DNA from: Candidatus Eremiobacteria bacterium
GTDB taxonomy: Bacteria > Vulcanimicrobiota > Vulcanimicrobiia > Vulcanimicrobiales > Vulcanimicrobiaceae
DNA length: 64,000 bases
Assembly: GCA_963737065.1 (NCBI GenBank)
Contig: CAVTRC010000001.1
Location: 736,001 to 800,000, forward strand
Direction of reading: 5' to 3'
Shown here: positions 50,129-59,848 of the stretch, in pieces
Numbering within the stretch: the first letter of the stretch is position 1
Layout: every line of letters begins with the position of its first letter
The notes under the pieces: generated by a model
What the model was told of the DNA's origin: nothing
The model's input: only the letters and a program-made list of their open reading frames with translations
The model's database searches: none
Position numbers and translations under genes: made by a program

Positions 50129-50847
50129 GCGCGGGTCAACTCAAGAAAAACGTCCTGCAGACGCGCGCCGTCGGCAATCAGTGATTCCGTCGTCTGCTGC
50201 GTCACGATCCGGCCGTCACGAATGATCGCAATGGTTTTACACAGTTCTTCGGCTTCTTCCAAGTAATGCGTCGTCAAAAAGATCGTCAATCCGTCGCCGT
50301 TGAGATCGCGCAGCAGCTGCCACAGCTCGAGCCGCAATTCCACATCGACACCGGCGGTTGGTTCGTCGAGAATGACGAGCTTCGGTTCGTGAATCAACGC
50401 GCGCGCGAGCGTGAGCCGGCGCTTCATGCCGCCCGATAGACGCGTGTACTCGACTTTCGCTTTCGACGCAAGTCCAAAACGCTCCAGCAGCAGGTCGGCG
50501 CGTTCCTTGACGGCCGGACCGCGCAAGCCGAAGTAGCCCGCTTGAAAGACCAGCACATCGCGAATCGATAGGTACCGGTCGAAGTTATACTCCTGCGGGG
50601 CGAGCCCGATCAGCTGCCGCGCTTCGCGCCATTCCACGGCGTTGTCGTGCCCGAAGACGCGAATCGCGCCGGAATTCGGCTTCGCGAGTCCGACGACCGC
50701 GTTGATCGTCGTCGTCTTGCCGGCGCCGTTCGGCCCGAGAAAGCCGAAAAACTCGCCTTGCGCAACGCGCAGCGAGACGTCATTCACGGCGGTGAAATCA
50801 CCATAGCGTTTGACCAGGTGATCGATTTCGATCGCGGGGGCGAACAA
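50125..50847 (-). CDS. ABC ATP-binding protein (YadG-like)
   Basis: GPNGAGKTT, LSGGMKRR, LDEPTAGVD, TTHYLEEAE. Confidence 0.95.
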   Translation of the reverse strand: MFAPAIEIDHLVKRYGDFTAVNDVSLRVAQGEFFGFLGPNGAGKTTTINAVVGLAKPNSGAIRVFGHDNAVEWREARQLIGLAPQEYNFDRYLSIRDVLVFQAGYFGLRGPAVKERADLLLERFGLASKAKVEYTRLSGGMKRRLTLARALIHEPKLVILDEPTAGVDVELRLELWQLLRDLNGDGLTIFLTTHYLEEAEELCKTIAIIRDGRIVTQQTTESLIADGARLQDVFLELTRA

Positions 50848-50863
50848 CGTTAGGGTAACTCCC

Positions 50864-51592
50864 TCACGGCACGTACCCTTTCAATCGTTTGTAGCGGTGG
50901 CGACGGAGCGTGGCAATCAGCTCTGTGCTTCCTGGAATCCCGCAACTCCCAAGTTGGGTTGCAACTTTCTTGACGTCAAACTCGACACGACGCTGTTTGA
51001 CTTCCCAACCACCCGAACGCTCCGTGAAAATCGTGTATCCGACGCGTGCGTCGCCATCCTTCGGTAACCCGGCCGATGCGACGTTTACGAGCACCTTTCC
51101 GCGCCAGCAACGCACGTAGGGCAGGTGCAAGTGTCCGAACGCGATGGTGCTCGCGCGCTCGCCGCCGATCAGCCGCGTAAGTGTCTCGTCGTCGGCGTCG
51201 GGCCACAGATGTTCGTCATCCGTCGTAGGATTCGCATGAACGATCAGCATTTGGTTATCGTCGTCGCCGATGCGCAGCGCAAAGGGAAGGTCCGCAAGCC
51301 AGCGCAGATACTTTTCGCCCAGATCGTGGCGCGTCCAGTCCAGTTGCGCATGTTCGAGCGTTTCGAACGTCTCGGTTCCCGGCGCGCCGAGATAACGGTC
51401 CGTATTCCCGCGAATGGCTTGTGCGCCGACTTCCTCCAGACGCTGGAGCACCTTCTTGGGCTTCGGTCCATCCAAGCAGAGATCGCCGGCGGCAACGATC
51501 GCATCGGCACCGCCTTGCGCGTGCAGATCCGCAAGACACGCGTCCAAACCAACGAGATTCCCGTGAATATCGGAAAGGACGGCGATTCGCAT
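50864..51592 (-). CDS. Metallophosphoesterase
   Basis: SDIHGN, GD, RGNTD, VHA, FGHLH. Confidence 0.9.
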   Translation of the reverse strand: MRIAVLSDIHGNLVGLDACLADLHAQGGADAIVAAGDLCLDGPKPKKVLQRLEEVGAQAIRGNTDRYLGAPGTETFETLEHAQLDWTRHDLGEKYLRWLADLPFALRIGDDDNQMLIVHANPTTDDEHLWPDADDETLTRLIGGERASTIAFGHLHLPYVRCWRGKVLVNVASAGLPKDGDARVGYTIFTERSGGWEVKQRRVEFDVKKVATQLGSCGIPGSTELIATLRRHRYKRLKGYVP

Positions 51593-51601
51593 CGACGCGA
51601 A

Positions 51602-52441
51602 CTAATCGCGCTTGAGCGCGAGAACGAGATGCGACGGCGTGATGCCGATCTTCTCGAAATCGTAGAGATCGATGCCCTCGACCACGAGCCCGGCTTTGCG
51701 CATGCGTACAAGTGCCGTGCGGTACCTGACGTCGGCGATGACGTGACGCTCACCGAGGCAGATCACGCCGGCTGCCATTTCTTCGCCGAGATTGACCGTA
51801 ATAACGTTGAACCCGTTGAATGCCGACGGGTCCGCGCTATCCGGAGCGATGATCACCGTATCTTTCGCGACCGCGCTCACGACCGATTGCAGCGAACGCA
51901 CGCCGGCAGCGAGTTTGACCTCGACGGTACGATAGCCGTGCGCTTGCGCGACCGCAGTAAATCCCGCACGTCCCAGTGTATTCCCGCGCCCCGACATTCC
52001 GACGAACGCCGTTCCACCGGCCAGGATGACGTCGCCGCCGTCGAGCAACCCAGGCGCTGCGACATGGCCGGCAATCGGCACGTCGATGCGCGCGAATTCG
52101 GCTTCGATTCGGTCTGCTTCGCCGCGGCGGGACATCTCGGACGGGCGCATAATGATCGCGCCGTCCTCAAACGCAAGCGCTGCATCGATGACCGATGACT
52201 CGAAGGGATCTTCGCCACGCGGCTCGATTGCAATCGCATCGACGCCGAAATACTGGAGCGTTTTGCGCAGGACGTCGTGCTGCTCGAGCGCCCGCGAATA
52301 CACCGCTCCCGGCTCGCCGGGTAACGGCATGGCGCGCTCGATCGCCGGCGTCGGCCGCACGAGCGCCGCCGCACGAAGCTTGCCGGTCGGCGACCCGATC
52401 AAGCGGGGGCCGAGGTGTACATCCTTTGTGGTCATCGACAT
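51602..52441 (-). CDS. Amidinotransferase/DDAH (pentein) fold protein with non-canonical active site
   Basis: ALEQH, SRRGE, LDGGDV, VG.S.R.N..G, FEK; catalytic His and Cys positions appear substituted. Confidence 0.75.
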   Translation of the reverse strand: MSMTTKDVHLGPRLIGSPTGKLRAAALVRPTPAIERAMPLPGEPGAVYSRALEQHDVLRKTLQYFGVDAIAIEPRGEDPFESSVIDAALAFEDGAIIMRPSEMSRRGEADRIEAEFARIDVPIAGHVAAPGLLDGGDVILAGGTAFVGMSGRGNTLGRAGFTAVAQAHGYRTVEVKLAAGVRSLQSVVSAVAKDTVIIAPDSADPSAFNGFNVITVNLGEEMAAGVICLGERHVIADVRYRTALVRMRKAGLVVEGIDLYDFEKIGITPSHLVLALKRD

Positions 52442-52447
52442 CCTATG

Positions 52448-54829
52448 TTACGGGACAGCTTGGTATGGGTTCGGATACGGGACGTTCCCGAAAAAGTCCG
52501 CCATATCCGTCGCGAGCAGATCGCCGAGCGAGCTCGGCGGTAGACCGAGAAGCTCCTCTTCAGTTTTTACGACGCTCGCGTACGAAAGGTGGCGATGCCC
52601 GACATACCCCGTTTTTGCAAGCGGCGAGACGACGAGTGCGTACGTACGTGAACGATTCACGTGGTCGCGCGTTCCTTTAGCGCTTTCGGCAACGATAAAA
52701 ACTGCAGTCGACGACCAGTGCGGGGTATGCGACAGAAACGCCACGATCGTCCCGAGCGCTCGGTCGGCGTCCATCATGCCGCCACTCCCCGACGTCGGCA
52801 GCCAAACGTACGTAAAGGCAGGCTCGCGATCTGCTTGGACGAGCCTCGACATATCGCTGATGAATTCTTGCGCACGCGTCGTGTTCGGAATCAACTGGTT
52901 GGAGCCCGGATATGACAAATCGACGTTTCCGTTCAGAACCGCGAGCGCAGGGATGTCGAGGGTGTAGACGCCGCCGAGCCCGCTCATGTCCAAGGTTTCC
53001 GTTCGTCCATGAAGCTGCGGCGTCGCCGGTTGATACCCCGAGACGTTCAACAACGTGCCGTAATCGCGAAACGTCGCTCCGGCGCGGCGCAGCGCGTTGA
53101 AAAGATATCCGGCGCGCGGATAATCTTCGGGATCGGCGCCGTGCGCATCAAACGGTGATCGGCCCGCGTTCACCGGCAATGTGTGCTCGACGTACGCCGT
53201 GGTCATGCCCGAGAGCGCGAATTGCGTATTGACGTCAACGCTCATCGAATCGGCATAGAAATTATCCGCGATGCCGTACGTGCGCGCAAGCGAGTGCAGA
53301 TTCGGCGTCATTGACGCGTTGTACGTCACGTACGCGGGATTCGCATCACCGCGACCTAAATCGCCGAATACTCCATCGAATGTCCCGGTACCAACCGCGA
53401 TATAGAACACGTGATCGATCGCGTTGCTCTTACGATTCGAACGCAGCGGCGGCACGACGGCATCTGTGCGCGCGACGCTTACCGCGCGATTGTAACGCAG
53501 TGCCGCGAGCGTCGCAGTTTTCAACGGCAATCTCTTGAGATCGACCCGCTGCAATAGTCCCCAGCCGTCTACGCCGCGCGCACTCGTAACAAAAAGGAAT
53601 CGCCCGTCGCCCGAAAGCGCAAGCGCGGACGGCAGTGAACCGGTCGGAATGAGACCGAGACGATGGAGCGTCGCGGGCGTTCGCGCATCGAGAACGGCGA
53701 CCGCGTTCAGGCCGGCAAGCGCGACATACAGCCGCGTACCATCACTTGAGAGCACTTCCGCATCGGGTTGCGTGCCATACGGGGCGTTAACGAACAATCG
53801 CAAATCAAGTCCGCCTACGACGTGCGGCTGACCGGTGAGTTGCACGGTCGAAACGCGGTCGACATTTGCCAGCGATACGTAGCCGTAAGCGCCGTCGCGC
53901 CGCGTAACGAGTGCGCCCGGGTGCGCGCCGCCGACGGTGTCCATGCCGTCGGGTATCGGATCCATGCGAACGCTTCCGGGGTTGGCGTTGGCGACGATAT
54001 CGCCGCTCGCATCCAGAGGAACGAGCGACAATGAAGACGATCGCGTCGGACTGCCCGTAACGTTCGCAAAACGCGGCGCACGCGCCGGTTCGGAAAGCGC
54101 CGTGTACTCGTCGAGTCCGCCGTTCGCCACGAATACATTCCCGTCAGCCGTGCCCACACCGTACGGAGAGAACCCGACTTGCGCTGCATTGAGCACGCGA
54201 CGGTTCGCGATGTCGATCGCCGTGACCGTCCCGCCAAGATTCGAGGTGACGTACGCGATGCGGCCGTTCGCGGAAACCGCAATCTGCGCGGGGAATCCGG
54301 GAAGCGCAATCGTCGACTGCGCAGTGAGCCCACCATCTGCGCCGAGTTGAAACACGCGCACGGCGTTGTTTGCGCCGTCAGAGGCGAGGACGATCGTCGA
54401 ACCGGGGCTCGCCGGGTCGCGCAATGCCACGACACCGGAGAACAAGGAAAGGCCAGAGGCTTGATAGACGCTCGCAATGCGCATCGTGCGCGCATCGACG
54501 ACCGTCAACGAAAATCCGGCGCGCACTTGGGTGGCGTTTGTCGGCGGTGGTGCGGCAAGCGTCGCGTCTTGTTCGTCGTTGCTTACGATCACGAATCGCC
54601 CGTCGGGCGTTACCGCAACGCCGAACGGATTTGTCCCGACGAAGATCGAGGTGCCGATCGGCGCGGCGGTACGCCCATTCGGAAGCACCGCGTCCGTTGG
54701 TTCGAGGCGCGACGCACCGGCTGGACGGTCGCCTGCAGGCGCCGAATACATAGTCAGCGGGGCTGGGCGCGGGGCAGCGCCTAACAAAACGGCGGCCATC
54801 GCCGCCGCTAAGGGTCCTCGAAACTTCAC
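52448..54829 (-). CDS. Secreted YncE beta-propeller + phosphoesterase/alkaline-phosphatase-like protein
   Basis: LPNGR...P.G, propeller repeats (SANGRIAYV, DGTRLYVA, GLIPTG), IDHVFYI, TPNLHSLA...ADNFY, WSSTAVFI. Confidence 0.78.
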   Translation of the reverse strand: MKFRGPLAAAMAAVLLGAAPRPAPLTMYSAPAGDRPAGASRLEPTDAVLPNGRTAAPIGTSIFVGTNPFGVAVTPDGRFVIVSNDEQDATLAAPPPTNATQVRAGFSLTVVDARTMRIASVYQASGLSLFSGVVALRDPASPGSTIVLASDGANNAVRVFQLGADGGLTAQSTIALPGFPAQIAVSANGRIAYVTSNLGGTVTAIDIANRRVLNAAQVGFSPYGVGTADGNVFVANGGLDEYTALSEPARAPRFANVTGSPTRSSSLSLVPLDASGDIVANANPGSVRMDPIPDGMDTVGGAHPGALVTRRDGAYGYVSLANVDRVSTVQLTGQPHVVGGLDLRLFVNAPYGTQPDAEVLSSDGTRLYVALAGLNAVAVLDARTPATLHRLGLIPTGSLPSALALSGDGRFLFVTSARGVDGWGLLQRVDLKRLPLKTATLAALRYNRAVSVARTDAVVPPLRSNRKSNAIDHVFYIAVGTGTFDGVFGDLGRGDANPAYVTYNASMTPNLHSLARTYGIADNFYADSMSVDVNTQFALSGMTTAYVEHTLPVNAGRSPFDAHGADPEDYPRAGYLFNALRRAGATFRDYGTLLNVSGYQPATPQLHGRTETLDMSGLGGVYTLDIPALAVLNGNVDLSYPGSNQLIPNTTRAQEFISDMSRLVQADREPAFTYVWLPTSGSGGMMDADRALGTIVAFLSHTPHWSSTAVFIVAESAKGTRDHVNRSRTYALVVSPLAKTGYVGHRHLSYASVVKTEEELLGLPPSSLGDLLATDMADFFGNVPYPNPYQAVP

Positions 54830-54887
54830 TGATCTAGGCTACTCACGCGGATGGCAGCAGACCTGCCCGTCGCTAATCGCATCGTAA

Positions 54888-56393
54888 CTAGATCGCCGAG
54901 AGCGCGCGCCCCAGCCGTTCAATCGCTTCGCGCGCTGTCGCTTCATCCAAATGGCCGAATGAAAGGCGCAGCGCGGGCGGACCGCTGCGCGTCGGATAAA
55001 ACGGCTCCGCGGGCATCACGAGGACGCCTTCGCGAGCGCATGCATCAAATGCGGCCTGCGTCGAAATGCGCGGCGGCAGCGGGAACCAAACGTTCACGCC
55101 CGCCGCCGGCGATCGTACTTCGGTCCACGGAAGCGTCTCGCTCAACGCCTCGATGAACGCGTCGCGACGGTCGCGATAGAGCGCGCGCGCCGAACGCAAA
55201 TGGCGGTTGTACGCGGGTGAGGTCATAAAACGAAAGAGCGCGCGCTGCGTCAACGTCGACGTAAAGACGTCTGCGCGAACTTTTGCAACCTCGAGCGCTT
55301 CAGCGATCGAACCCTTCGCATACAGATATCCGATACGCAGCGCGGGAAAAATAGACTTCGAAAGACTTTCCATCAAGATCACTCGTCCGTCGGTATCGAA
55401 GGACGCAATCGGTGGCGGCGCCGCCGCATCGTACGTGAGTTGCCATCCGGTTTGATCTTCGAGAATAACGACGTCGTAACGCCGCGCAAGCGCGGCGATG
55501 TGTTTCGCACGGCGCTGCGGTAACACTGCGCCGGTCGGGTTCTGCGCGATCGGATTGACATAAAACAAACGCGGGCGATATTCCGCGAAGACCCGTTCAA
55601 CATCGTCAACGCGCACGCCGTCGATATCGCTGCGCACTTCCACGTATGTGACGCCGCGCGCGTCGAATACGCCGAGCGTTCCGGAATACGTCGGGCTTTC
55701 GCTCGCAACGACGGTTCGCTCGTCGAGAAGCACCGTTGCCACGAGATCCGCCGCTTGCTGCGCGCCGCTGCACACGATGATGTCGCGCGCTTCCGCCGGG
55801 CAGCCGCGGTTGCACAACAGCGACGCGAGCGCCTCGCACAAGTCGGTGTCGCCGGTCGACGATCGGTACTGCATCGCTTCGGCAGGATCGTCGACGAGTG
55901 TCCGGTGAAACGCGCGGCCAAAATCGTGCAGCGGAAACGTTTCCGGAGCGGGATGCCCGGTCGCGAGCGTGATCGCGCCGGGCGCGGTCGCGCGCGTCAG
56001 CTGCTCCATCACGCCTTCGAGCCGCTGAGCTCGCGCAAAACGGCCAACGTCGGGCTCCCACCGGCGCGCGAACGGGGCCGCGATATCGGCGGGCGGCGCA
56101 ACGAACGTCCCTTTTCCGACCCGCGAAATGACGCGTCCTCGAGCCGCAAGTAATTCATACGCTTGCGATACGGTGACCAGCGCGCAACTCAACTGACGTG
56201 CGAGATCGCGCATTGCGGGCAACCGCGCACCCGCGGGAAGACGATCCGATTCGATCGCTTCGACGAGTTGATCCGCCAGCTGAACGTACAACGGACGCGC
56301 ATCCGCCGGCTCGAGTCGAAACGCTAAAGCTTCGTTATCGTTTGTCGAGGCGATAGCCGATCCCGCGGACGGACGAGATTTCCAGTGGCGCAT
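54888..56393 (-). CDS. MocR/GabR-family regulator (GntR HTH + PLP aminotransferase domain); start uncertain
   Basis: PLYVQLAD, RLPAMRDLA, TVSQAY, GKGTFV; SGAQQA, QNPTG, SLSKS.FPALRIGY. Confidence 0.9.
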   Translation of the reverse strand: MRHWKSRPSAGSAIASTNDNEALAFRLEPADARPLYVQLADQLVEAIESDRLPAGARLPAMRDLARQLSCALVTVSQAYELLAARGRVISRVGKGTFVAPPADIAAPFARRWEPDVGRFARAQRLEGVMEQLTRATAPGAITLATGHPAPETFPLHDFGRAFHRTLVDDPAEAMQYRSSTGDTDLCEALASLLCNRGCPAEARDIIVCSGAQQAADLVATVLLDERTVVASESPTYSGTLGVFDARGVTYVEVRSDIDGVRVDDVERVFAEYRPRLFYVNPIAQNPTGAVLPQRRAKHIAALARRYDVVILEDQTGWQLTYDAAAPPPIASFDTDGRVILMESLSKSIFPALRIGYLYAKGSIAEALEVAKVRADVFTSTLTQRALFRFMTSPAYNRHLRSARALYRDRRDAFIEALSETLPWTEVRSPAAGVNVWFPLPPRISTQAAFDACAREGVLVMPAEPFYPTRSGPPALRLSFGHLDEATAREAIERLGRALSAI

Positions 56394-57027
56394 TGATCTC
56401 GATCAGCTTCTTCCGCAGTGCCGCTACGTGGACGTCGACGACGCGGGTTGGTACGCCCGACGTGTCGTTCCACACCTGCTCGAGAATCTGCGCGCGAGTC
56501 AGCAGCCGGCCTTCCGCCTCACCGAGGAACCAGAGCAGCCGGAATTCGAGCGCCGTGAGCGAGACCGTCTCGCCGTCGTTTTGCAACGTATGAAAATCCC
56601 GGTCGAGCTGCGCGCTTCCCAGATTGAGAATGTTCGCGCCTTCTTTTTTTTGCGCGAATTTTTCTCGCCGGCGCAAGAATGAGGCGACCCGAGCGACGAG
56701 CTCGTTGCCCGAAAACGGCTTCGTAATGTAATCGTCCGCGCCGAGGCCGAGGCCGAGCAGAATATCCTGTTCGCGCGAGTGCCCGCTCACCATCAGAATG
56801 AACGCGTTGTTGGAGTTTGACAGCGAGGTGCAGACGTCGAGACCCGAGATATCCGGCAGGCCGACATCGAGAATAACGACGTCCGGCTTGTAATTGTCGG
56901 CGAGTTCGAGGCCTTCCGCGCCGCTCGGCGTGACGCGGACCTCGTAGCCGGCCCGTTCGAGGACGGTTTGCTCTAAACGGGCGACGTCGTCGTCGTCCTC
57001 GATGACCAACATGCGGGCTAGCGCCAT
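56335..57027 (-). CDS. OmpR-family response regulator (no kinase adjacent)
   Basis: VIEDD, ILDVGLP, GADDYITKPF, LTALEF, VDVHVAALRKK, VRGIGY; RBS AAGGAG. Confidence 0.94.
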   Translation of the reverse strand: MALARMLVIEDDDDVARLEQTVLERAGYEVRVTPSGAEGLELADNYKPDVVILDVGLPDISGLDVCTSLSNSNNAFILMVSGHSREQDILLGLGLGADDYITKPFSGNELVARVASFLRRREKFAQKKEGANILNLGSAQLDRDFHTLQNDGETVSLTALEFRLLWFLGEAEGRLLTRAQILEQVWNDTSGVPTRVVDVHVAALRKKLIEINAPLEISSVRGIGYRLDKR

Positions 57028-57066
57028 ACCAAACTCGGCTCCTTGCACAAGCGAAACCCCAAAGGG

Positions 57067-58509
57067 CTACACCCTGGTATCGATTTCTTCTTCCTCGTTC
57101 TTTACACTCGAACGCCGAGCGACGCCTTCGTCCACCGCGGCGTTCGCGACCGCTTTCGCGACCGCATCCACGACGCGCGGATCGAACACGCTCGGGATGA
57201 TGTACTCCGAGCTCCGCTCGTCATCGGTCACGATTGAGGCGATCGCGTATGCCGCAGCGATTTTCATTCGCTCGGTAATTCGGCTGGCCCGCACGTCCAG
57301 TGCCCCGCGGAAGATGCCTGGAAAAGCGAGCAGATTGTTGACCTGGTTTGGAAAATCCGAGCGCCCGGTGGCGACGACCGTCGCGACGGGGGCGGCCGCG
57401 TCCGGCATGATCTCCGGCGTCGGATTTGCCATAGCGAAGATGATCGGATCGCGCCCCATCGCCGCGATCGCCTCGGGCTGCAGGATGCCCGGCGCGGACA
57501 CGCCGATAAAAACGTCGCTCCCCGCAAGCACTTGCGGAAGCGAGCCGTGCCGGTTCTCCCGGTTCGTGTGCTCAGCGAGCCAGCGCCAATGCGGATTCTC
57601 ATACCGGTCGTCGCGATTGAGCGCACCGTTGCGATCGACCGGGATAACGTCGCGCACACCGGCCTCGAGCAGCATCTTGATCGTTGCCGTTCCGGCCGCG
57701 CCGCTGCCGGAGACGACGACTTGCAGCTCGCGTAGATCTTTGTTCACCACCCGTGCGGCGTTGATCAATGCCGCAAGAATGACGACGGCGGTGCCGTGCT
57801 GATCGTCGTGCATGACCGGAATGTCGAGACGTTCGATCAAACGCTGCTCGACCTCGAAGCAACGCGGCGCGGAGATGTCTTCAAGGTTGATTCCACCGAA
57901 AACGGGGGCGATGCGTACAACGGTATCGACGATTTCGTCAACGTCCTTCGTATCCAGACAAATCGGAAAGGCGTCGATGTTCGCAAACTGCTTGAAGAGC
58001 ATCGCTTTTCCTTCCATTACCGGAAGCGCACCGAGCGGACCGATGTCGCCAAGACCTAAAACGGCCGTGCCGTCGGAGACGACGGCGACCGTGTTGCGTT
58101 TGATTGAAAGTTGGAACGCTTTTGCGGGGTCGGCGGCGATCGCCATCGAAACGCGCGCCACTCCCGGCGTGTACACCGTCGAAAGGTCCTTGCGAGTCTT
58201 TACCGGGACCTTCGGCTCGACTTGAATCTTCCCGCCGAGGTGGGCGAGAAACGTAGAGTCGGAAATCGAGACGATAGAAAACCCCGCAAGGCGTTCGATC
58301 GCCTTGCGCACTTCGGTTGCGATTACGTCGGAGCTGACGTTGATCGTCACATCACGCACGACTCGCGTTTTCGAAACCGATCGCATGTCGACGGCCGCAA
58401 CGTCGCCGCCCGCATCGCCGATCGCATTCGCAAGGACGCCGAACGCGCCATTTTCGTTCGGCATCTCGATCCGCATGATGAGCGTAAAACTGATCGCAAC
58501 AGTTGCCAT
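57067..58509 (-). CDS. NAD(P)-dependent malic enzyme with N-terminal ACT domain
   Basis: YTPGVA, DGTAVLGLG, PVMEGK, INLEDI, HDDQHGT, GSGAAG, MANPTPEI, TGRSD.PNQVNN. Confidence 0.95.
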   Translation of the reverse strand: MATVAISFTLIMRIEMPNENGAFGVLANAIGDAGGDVAAVDMRSVSKTRVVRDVTINVSSDVIATEVRKAIERLAGFSIVSISDSTFLAHLGGKIQVEPKVPVKTRKDLSTVYTPGVARVSMAIAADPAKAFQLSIKRNTVAVVSDGTAVLGLGDIGPLGALPVMEGKAMLFKQFANIDAFPICLDTKDVDEIVDTVVRIAPVFGGINLEDISAPRCFEVEQRLIERLDIPVMHDDQHGTAVVILAALINAARVVNKDLRELQVVVSGSGAAGTATIKMLLEAGVRDVIPVDRNGALNRDDRYENPHWRWLAEHTNRENRHGSLPQVLAGSDVFIGVSAPGILQPEAIAAMGRDPIIFAMANPTPEIMPDAAAPVATVVATGRSDFPNQVNNLLAFPGIFRGALDVRASRITERMKIAAAYAIASIVTDDERSSEYIIPSVFDPRVVDAVAKAVANAAVDEGVARRSSVKNEEEEIDTRV

Positions 58510-58516
58510 GAAATAC

Positions 58517-59848
58517 CTAGCTCCCGCTGATGGTCATCTCCGCCACGCGAAACGACGGGGACACCACCGAAGAATCGAATCGTAAGTCGCTTGCAACCGC
58601 ATCGATAGCGGCGAGCATTTCCGCAAAATTTCCTGCAACGGTGAATTCGTCGATCGGATAGCTTAGCTCCCCGTTTTCGATCATAAAGCCGCGTGCTCCG
58701 CGGCTATAGTTTCCGGTTGCGTGCTCGGTGGCAAAACCGATCGTATCGAGCACCAGCACGCCGCGCGGCGTCGAGGCAATCAGTTCTTCGAACGTTTGCG
58801 CTCCGGGCTCGAGATAAAAGTTGTTTGGCCCGATCCCGCCGCCGGTCGAATTGCCGGTGGTTTTCGCGCCGAGCCGTCGCGCGTAATACGTATCGAACAA
58901 GAACGATCGCAGCGTACCACGTTCGAACACCGGGGTCCGGCGCGTTGCGACGCCTTCACCGTCGAAGGGCGAACTCCCCAACTTCTCCGGCAGCGTACCA
59001 TCGTCGATGATCGTGACGAACTCGCTGCCCAGGCGTTCGTCCAAACGCTCCGCAAGCCAGGAATTTCCGATGGCGACGTTCCCGCCGTTCACCGCGGAGA
59101 ACAGATCGTCCAACACCGCGGCCGCAACGTCGCGTTCGAAGACGACCGGTAACCGCGCCGTTTGCGGTTTGCGCGCACCGAAAAGCTCCACCGCACGCCG
59201 CGCGGCGATGCGGCTCACCGTCGCCGTCGACTCCAGCTCGCGCAAGAATCGTCCTGCGGTACCGTAGTGTCCCGTTCGCTTCACGCCGTCATGCTGCGCG
59301 ACGGGCGCGCTCGAGAGCGAAGCGCGCGTCGCCGTGTAGGCAGCCGAAAACCCGGACGAATTCGCGAGCGCCGTGATCGACGCCGCGTCATTGTAGTGCG
59401 AACCGCTCGAATTCACGACGCGCGCGTCGGCATCGCGAATCATGCTTTCGAGGGCAAGAACGTCGTCGACTTTCAAGGCATCCTCGCGCTGCGCGATCGC
59501 TTGATCGAACAGTCGAAGCTCCCCGCCGAACTGGGAGCACGCTTCCGGCAGCGTCGCGAGCGGATCAGTTGCTACTTCGCGCGCCTGCTCGACTGCCTGT
59601 CGCAACACACGGCGTACGCTGTCGCGCGTCAGGTCCGAGGTCGAGACGGTGACGCGGCGGCCATCAACAAAGAGGCGAACGTGCAGTGTTGCGCCCGTCG
59701 ACTGTTCCAGTTTGCTGATCGTTTTCTCGCGGGCTTCGACGTGGAAGCGGCGCGCTTGCGAGAGCGTCGCTTCCGCGGCGCCCGCGCCGGCCTGCGTTGC
59801 CGCCGTGACCGCGTCGGCCGCAAGTTCGAGCGCTTCACGCTCCGTCAT
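58517..59848 (-). CDS. pmbA: TldE/PmbA family protein
   Basis: S.PFDGEG, TTGN, TGNYSRGARG..IENGE...P..E.TVAGN; no HExxxH. Confidence 0.9.
   Translation of the reverse strand: MTEREALELAADAVTAATQAGAGAAEATLSQARRFHVEAREKTISKLEQSTGATLHVRLFVDGRRVTVSTSDLTRDSVRRVLRQAVEQAREVATDPLATLPEACSQFGGELRLFDQAIAQREDALKVDDVLALESMIRDADARVVNSSGSHYNDAASITALANSSGFSAAYTATRASLSSAPVAQHDGVKRTGHYGTAGRFLRELESTATVSRIAARRAVELFGARKPQTARLPVVFERDVAAAVLDDLFSAVNGGNVAIGNSWLAERLDERLGSEFVTIIDDGTLPEKLGSSPFDGEGVATRRTPVFERGTLRSFLFDTYYARRLGAKTTGNSTGGGIGPNNFYLEPGAQTFEELIASTPRGVLVLDTIGFATEHATGNYSRGARGFMIENGELSYPIDEFTVAGNFAEMLAAIDAVASDLRFDSSVVSPSFRVAEMTISGS

Noticed and set aside
48538..50847. Bacteriocin cluster (hydrophobic peptide plus ABC exporter, TldD/E as maturase)
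   Set aside because: The ABC pair is YadG/H-like, convergent and part of a separate operon; tldD/E lie ~10 kb away; no modification enzyme or clear leader peptide
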